A stretch of DNA of 64,000 bases from Rebecca billardiae RCC1528 (taxonomy: Eukaryota; Protista; Haptophyta). Location of the stretch: NCBI GenBank assembly GCA_965240325.2, contig OZ251235.1, forward strand, positions 248,001-312,000, written 5' to 3'. The notes under the pieces are model-generated. The model made no database searches. It was not told where the DNA came from and saw nothing but the letters and a program-made list of their open reading frames with translations. Below, in pieces: positions 58,591 through 64,000 of the stretch. Numbering within the stretch: the first letter of the stretch is position 1; each line of letters starts with the position of its first letter. Made by a program: the position numbers and the translations under genes.

Positions 58591-60118
58591 TCCTCACCGT
58601 CGGCGTCACCGCCGACCGGACGATGTCCGCCGCTTACCGCGGCGCCGTCACCATCACCCACGTACGCGCCACCGTCAGGTGCGCCCAGCGACGAGTGCCC
58701 CCCCTCGACCAGGTCGGTCTCGTCGATGCGTACGTCACGCAAGTGAAGAGACGTCCGTCGTCTACACGACATACGTACCAGAGTACGTTGAAGCCACGGA
58801 GCTGCTCCGCGCGCGGCGCGCGCTGATCGCCGCCGCCGCTGCCTCCTCCGCCCTCGCAGCCAGTCGGTATCTCTCCGCCGTCTTGGCCGCCGCCACGATC
58901 CCCGCCGTCGCCACCGCCGCCTGAGCCAGGCGATGAGCTTCGTGCGTGGACGTGTGGGTGCCGCCGCCACCACCGGGCGTACGACCACCTGGTTCGGTGC
59001 GCCCAGCGCCGCCGAGCCACTGCCGCGCGCTGCTGCGCGCACACACGCCGCACCGGCGTCCTGCGCCGTGCGTGTGCTTCCGACGCCTCAGCGTCGGGTC
59101 CCCACCTGCCGCCGAATGATCTCGGCCCGCAGCATGGAATCGAGCTGAACCTCCCGGCGTGGGCCGAGTGCCATGCACTGCCCCGCCGTCACCCCGCACT
59201 CGCGCCTTGCGCGCGCGCGGATACCGCGACTCAAAGATCGCGCCAGCGCCGCCGTCTCGGCGGCACTGCCAGCTGCGCCTCGCGTCAGCTGCAGACGTAG
59301 TCTCGGCACCGCTGCGCCGCCCCGTCATGATCCCGCGCTCGCGCCTCGCGCGCGCGCGATTCCCGCGACTCAACAGTCGCGCCAGCGCCGCCATCTCGGT
59401 GGCACTGCCAGCTGCGCCTCGCGTCAGCTGCCGGCGTAGGACCAGTGCCAAGCACTGCCCGCCGCCGTAACGGCGCTCGTGTCGCCAGATTCCACCCGGA
59501 CGATTCCGATAGATCCGGGTGTGCCAACCGCCGGACCTGTGTCCAGTCCGGTCGTGCCAGCCGTGCCAGCCGGACCGCAAAACCCAGTCCAGCTGCCAGC
59601 CGCCATCCGGTGCCCTAGACCACCGGACAGGTTGATGAGCCAGCCCCTCCGAGTAGATCGCCGAGCCCGCCGTCGCCGCCGTCAGCTGCCGTGCAGCCAC
59701 CCGGCGCTCGGGGTGCGTGCTCGCGCCGATCGTGCCAGTAGCGCTGCTCAGTCATCCGCCGCTGCACGCAGTAGTTCTCCTGCACCAGCTGCATCCGCTC
59801 AGATCCAATCGTGAGCTTCCGGGAGGCTGTCGTGTCGGGCTCATCACCGACAGGTACTGTTCCTCCCAATCGACGCGAAGTTCCGCGTCCGGGCCATGCG
59901 CGGAGATGATGCCGATGATCCCTGGCATCGTAGCGCCATGCCCCATCGAGAGCGTCGCCAGTTTGCCCGCGCTCTCGGCCAGGAACCTCTGCTGCATTCC
60001 ATGCGACGCCAGAGTTCCTCGTTCCGCCCATCCTGCAACCGCGGCCGCTCGTGCCCATCAGCCCAATCGATGAGAAAGGACAGTGCGGACAACTCCCTCC
60101 CTGGGGTTGCTGCGCGCA

Positions 60119-61034
60119 TATTGGGATTACCGCAAGCTCCGAGCGTCTCGAGCCCTGCTAAAAGCTCACCGCGCACGACAGGACGGACGCCACCGCGAGG
60201 ATCACATGCCTCGCGATCTCATCAGCTCTCAAGCCTCTGAACCTGGCCCTTATTTCCGGCGCTCTTGCGCCGGGCCAAAACAGCGATCCGGAGCTCCGAT
60301 CGCTCCTGGGCTCGGGGCGGTAGTATCATCGCCGTGCCGACTTACCCAGATTTTGCCGCGATCAGCCAATCGGCGATCGCACCGTCCGTCCTGTTGCCGC
60401 TCAACTTTGTACCACTGCTTCTCGTCCATGTCCGGTGCTGCTCACCTGCTTTCCTTGGACAAATCCAGTGTACCAGCATGACGCCCGCGCTGCTCCGCGC
60501 TGCTCCGCGCTGCTCCGCGCTGCTCCGCGCTGCTCCGCGCTGCTCCGCGCTGCTCCGCGCTGCTCCGCGCTGCTCCGCGCTGCTCCGCGCTGCTCCGCGC
60601 TGCTCCGCGCGCTCCGCGCTGCTCCGCGCTGCTCCGCGCTGCTCCGCGCTGCTCCGCGCGCTCCGCGCTGCTCCGCGCGCCCCGCGCTGCTCCGCGCTCC
60701 CGCGCCGCTGCGCCCGCGCTGCTCCGCGCCCGCGCCGCTGCGCCCGCGCTGCTCCGCGCTCGCGCGTCTGCTGCCGCGCGCGTCCTGGACGCGCGCGCTG
60801 CCAGCCACTGCTCCGCAGCAGCTGCTGCCGCCGGCCCGCCTGATGCGGCGCCAGCCCTGACACCCCAGCGGCAACGCCATCTGCTGAGATGCGTGCCCCA
60901 GACTGTGCCAGTTCATCCGCACTGCTGCTCTGCAGCAGCTGCGCCGCCGGTCTGCCTGCTGCAGCACCGGCCCTGACTCACCGCCGGCGACGCCATCTGC
61001 TGAGATGCGCGCCCCTGGCCTCGTCAGCTCAACA
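60119..61034 (-). repeat. 5' LTR
   Basis: Direct repeat of 56093-57008 at a constant offset of 4026; internal ORF translations are identical. Confidence 0.93.
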
Positions 61035-63089
61035 AGTTACACTCGTCACGTAAGTAAACCGCACCTCAGTCAGTCAGTGTCCTCACTCACTCACCCAATG
61101 TCGCGGGACCGTCTCACAGTCACGACACGCGTCCGATGACAGTGCAACGAGTTGTAACAATTACGACATATATTTGCAATTCATTACTCATCAGTTGAAT
61201 AAATACAAGGTGGCACTACTGATAGCAGTGACTATACTCTGAGTCTTAGAATTTACTATAAATATACATATATAGTACGAATAATAAGTTATTACTAATT
61301 GCTGCCGATTAATCAGATTGACATCCGGACTATCGGCCCATGCCGCATGCGCGGGCCATGCGCCCCAGGTCATCGGCAGTCATATCCGGTCCAAGGGCAA
61401 GGACTGCCTGGGGTCGGGTGTATGCAGTGTATTGTGTACTAAGCTAAAGCTATGCTCTGCCACAAGATCATTAATCAATAACGCCGACCGTTCAAGTGTC
61501 GACGGGTCGTCCGGGGCACTAGACTGAGTTAGTCTACTGCCGAGACAGCCGACGCCCGAATCAGGAGACCTGCGCCGTCCTACTACTCTGACCTGTGGGC
61601 GTATATTCTTCATGATCGAAATCATGCATGCATAGAATATATGTGTGTGTGTATATATATGGATCTACGGAAGCTATATTCATAATATTGTAGATCATCC
61701 GGATCAATCAGACTCAGAGGCGGGGATCCCGCCGGCGGATTATACTTTCCGTAGCTACCGACGGCGTCCCCGCGCCGACGGCGTACCGGTCTGTCACCGG
61801 AGACGATATATCAGTATATGTACATATATATGTGTGTGTGTGTGTGTAGTTAATCAGTAGCTTATACCCTTGGCAGTGACCGCGGACAGGGGGGGGGGGC
61901 AACCGAAGCCGCCGTCGGAGCCGATTTTGATGAAACTTTGCTGCAGAACTATTCGGGCTCATCAGTAAGTCGTATCGAGTACGACGACTGCAGCAGAGTA
62001 CAGCTGTGAGTTGTGACACTGCCTGAGTTGGGCAGCAGAGTTGATGGCGGGGCCGCCCGCGGGTCGTAACGTCCGCGACGTCGCGGGCCGGGGGCTCGTG
62101 GCAGGCGCCGCGGGCATACGGTTAGTTTATAGTTAGGGCTTAGGGGCCAGTTGTCGGCCGCTAAGGGGGCCGAGGGCGTTATTGCTGCGTCGTAGTGGGG
62201 TCAGAGCTCCGACCGTTACACTCCCGAGTGACACAATCTCCCGAAATCTCGAAATGATGTGATCCAATATCTCCTCTATTTATAACTGTTTGAGTCCGTT
62301 TAAGTTCGTTTAGGCCTAATTCCAGGGTGTAGAATCCGCCTGTGCCAATTTCAGAATGCCAAAATGTGATCTAGCCGGTGCGATTCTGGTATGCAAATAG
62401 CGAGAGCACTGTGGAGATCGTGTATCTCCCCTACTATAACTATTACTAACAACTGATGTTGCCGAGATCGCGTCGCGAGATTGAGGTCGTATGACGACAT
62501 TTTTTCGCAATAAAACTTATCATCAGCGTGACCCCAGGTCATTTCAGGCGAATATTGACATCCCGAAGTTTGAGAGCCTCATCTCAAGACGACAGAAAGT
62601 TGGATTTTGGGCCACACACCCCGCACAGTGGGGCTCTGACCCGGCTCCGCGTACCGCGTATTGCTGCGGCGCCATCGTCGTATAACGTCGTCAGTCATCA
62701 GTCAGGAATCAGGGCCCACTCATAAAGTCTTGGCTTGGCATGAAGTCATCAGTCAGAGTGAGTCACGCCGGGGCCGGGCAGGCCGGCGGCTAGCTCTCCG
62801 AAGAGCCTTGCGGACCGCGGCCGCGGCGGACCGCCGCGTCACGCGTGCAGCGGGACGGCTGAAGCCACGCTGCAACTCCTACAACTTGGCATTGATGCGC
62901 TGCAAATGGTTATTCAGTCCATGCGTGATGGTTGCGAAACGTGCCGCACAGAGAGCGCCCAGGGGAACTGCGGCAAACGATGGCATACATGGCATGTGCA
63001 TGCATGGGATGTTGGTCGCTTGACTCGGTGATGTGAAGAACGGGCTCGAGATGCGAGGAAAATTTTTTTAACCCAGGAGCTGGCCGGTT

Positions 63090-63584
63090 TTACTCATCCG
63101 CGCCGCTGGGCGGTGCCTGTAGCTGGCCCTTCTTCTTCATTCGCGCCTGCTTGCGCGTGAGCGGCACATTCCATTCCTGATCCCACACAAAATACGAGCC
63201 GCCCTTGAAGCCCCTGTAGTCCTCCTCTGCGTTCGCAGATCGCGGGTCGGCTTTCTTCATCTCGTCCTTGTTGCCGTAGAAGTTGCTCTTGCGCTTGCCG
63301 TAGAAGTTTGCGCCGTTGCCCAGCTTACGGTCCATGGCATCGTCCACGAGGTCGTCCAGGCCTTGCAGCATGCGGCCGAAGAAGCCAGGCTTCTCCTCCA
63401 TGACGATGGGCGCACGAGCCCTCCTCTGCCCCCTCGCGGTGACGCCACAGCAGGGCAGCGCACCAGTGCCACGCGAAGTGGTCGTGTGGACCATCTGCCT
63501 GCCGAGCACCGTGCTTGCAGGCACCACGGAGGCCCCGGCTCCGGCCGCGAGCAGCAACCCCGCTGCGAGCATCTTCATCGTCAT
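63090..63584 (-). CDS. Hypothetical, probably plastid-targeted small protein
   Basis: Signal MKMLAAGLLLAAGAGA plus a transit-like stretch ending RAPIVM. Mature part has a conserved-looking LDDLVDDAMDRKLGNGANFYGKRKSNFYG...EEDYRG..GGSYF motif. Confidence 0.75.
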   Translation of the reverse strand: MTMKMLAAGLLLAAGAGASVVPASTVLGRQMVHTTTSRGTGALPCCGVTARGQRRARAPIVMEEKPGFFGRMLQGLDDLVDDAMDRKLGNGANFYGKRKSNFYGNKDEMKKADPRSANAEEDYRGFKGGSYFVWDQEWNVPLTRKQARMKKKGQLQAPPSGADE

Positions 63585-64000
63585 GATTCTTCCGCGCGAT
63601 GGGCAGTGCGGGCGTGCGGCGAAAGTTCCAATCCGGCCGGTGGCCCGCGGCTTGTGACTCAAACCCCTGAAGGGCGGCACCGTGCCCCCGGTGCCGCTGC
63701 GAGCGGACCTCGCGAGCGTCCCCACTCCCCGCGGTGGCGCTACTCCCACCGCGCCGCGGCCGCAGGCTCCGCAGTCCGGGCGTGAGTGGCGTGAGTCCGC
63801 ACGGCCACGCGGTCGCGGGGGGCGCCGCGCCGCCCGCACTCCGGCAGCCGGCCGTGCCGACGACGGCATCCGCGCCGATTAATGAGCAGTTATACGACGA
63901 GTGACACTTTATTATGAACTCGAACTTGATGTGTAAATATTATTACAGTATAGTTATGGCGCTATAAGCTATATATATACTACTGTGAACGAATATTCCG

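Larger units (their letters stand above)
56093..61034 (-). mobile_element. Non-autonomous Ty1/copia LTR retrotransposon, full-length insertion
   Basis: 916-bp LTRs at 56093-57008 and 60119-61034. 5-bp TSD AGTTA at 56088-56092 and 61035-61039. Polypurine tract (PPT) GAGGGGGGG abuts the 3' LTR. Copia RNase H and integrase-tail remnants lie inside. Confidence 0.93.

Noticed and set aside
62120-62146. Telomere-like TTAGGG units
   Set aside because: Only two degenerate units.
62198-62642. 13-bp imperfect inverted repeat GGGTCAGAGC(T/C)CC bracketing an AT-richer segment
   Set aside because: No TSD, and too short to call a MITE without other copies.
932-63882. Many long overlapping Arg/Ala/Pro-rich ORFs in the ORF track
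   Set aside because: Antisense or alternate-frame shadows expected at this GC content, with no domain motifs.

Overview
This is gene-dense, very GC-rich eukaryotic nuclear DNA with short CG-rich spliceosomal introns (mostly GTGCGC...GCGCAG). Several proteins carry signal or bipartite leaders, so it looks like a photosynthetic alga with a complex plastid; a pavlovophyte haptophyte is my inference, not proven. I can support about 18 protein genes: SUMO 3' part, ABCB-type half transporter, APE1/DUF2854, NDUFA8, EMC1, an 8-exon ~2937-aa tandem ion channel, DHHC palmitoyltransferase, ARM-BTB protein, NBD-only Hsp70, CWF19L1, homeodomain protein, SRPBCC-like membrane protein, IQ-motif protein, AKAP28-like/EF-hand protein, Patched/NPC1-like protein, RACK1 and two hypotheticals. 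Mobile DNA includes a 3.5-kb foldback of two related non-coding elements, a 1.7-kb short-TIR element with a clear target-site duplication (TSD), a probable hAT-like MITE, and a young non-autonomous Ty1/copia element with TG..TA LTR ends and no canonical primer-binding site (PBS). The most striking observation is the tandem two-module Shaker/CNBD/ankyrin channel with one GYG pore and one non-GYG pore. Also notable are a CysRS C-terminal-like domain inserted in CWF19L1, the non-canonical LTR element and a perfect 40-bp hairpin. All calls come from motif recognition by eye; no searches were run.
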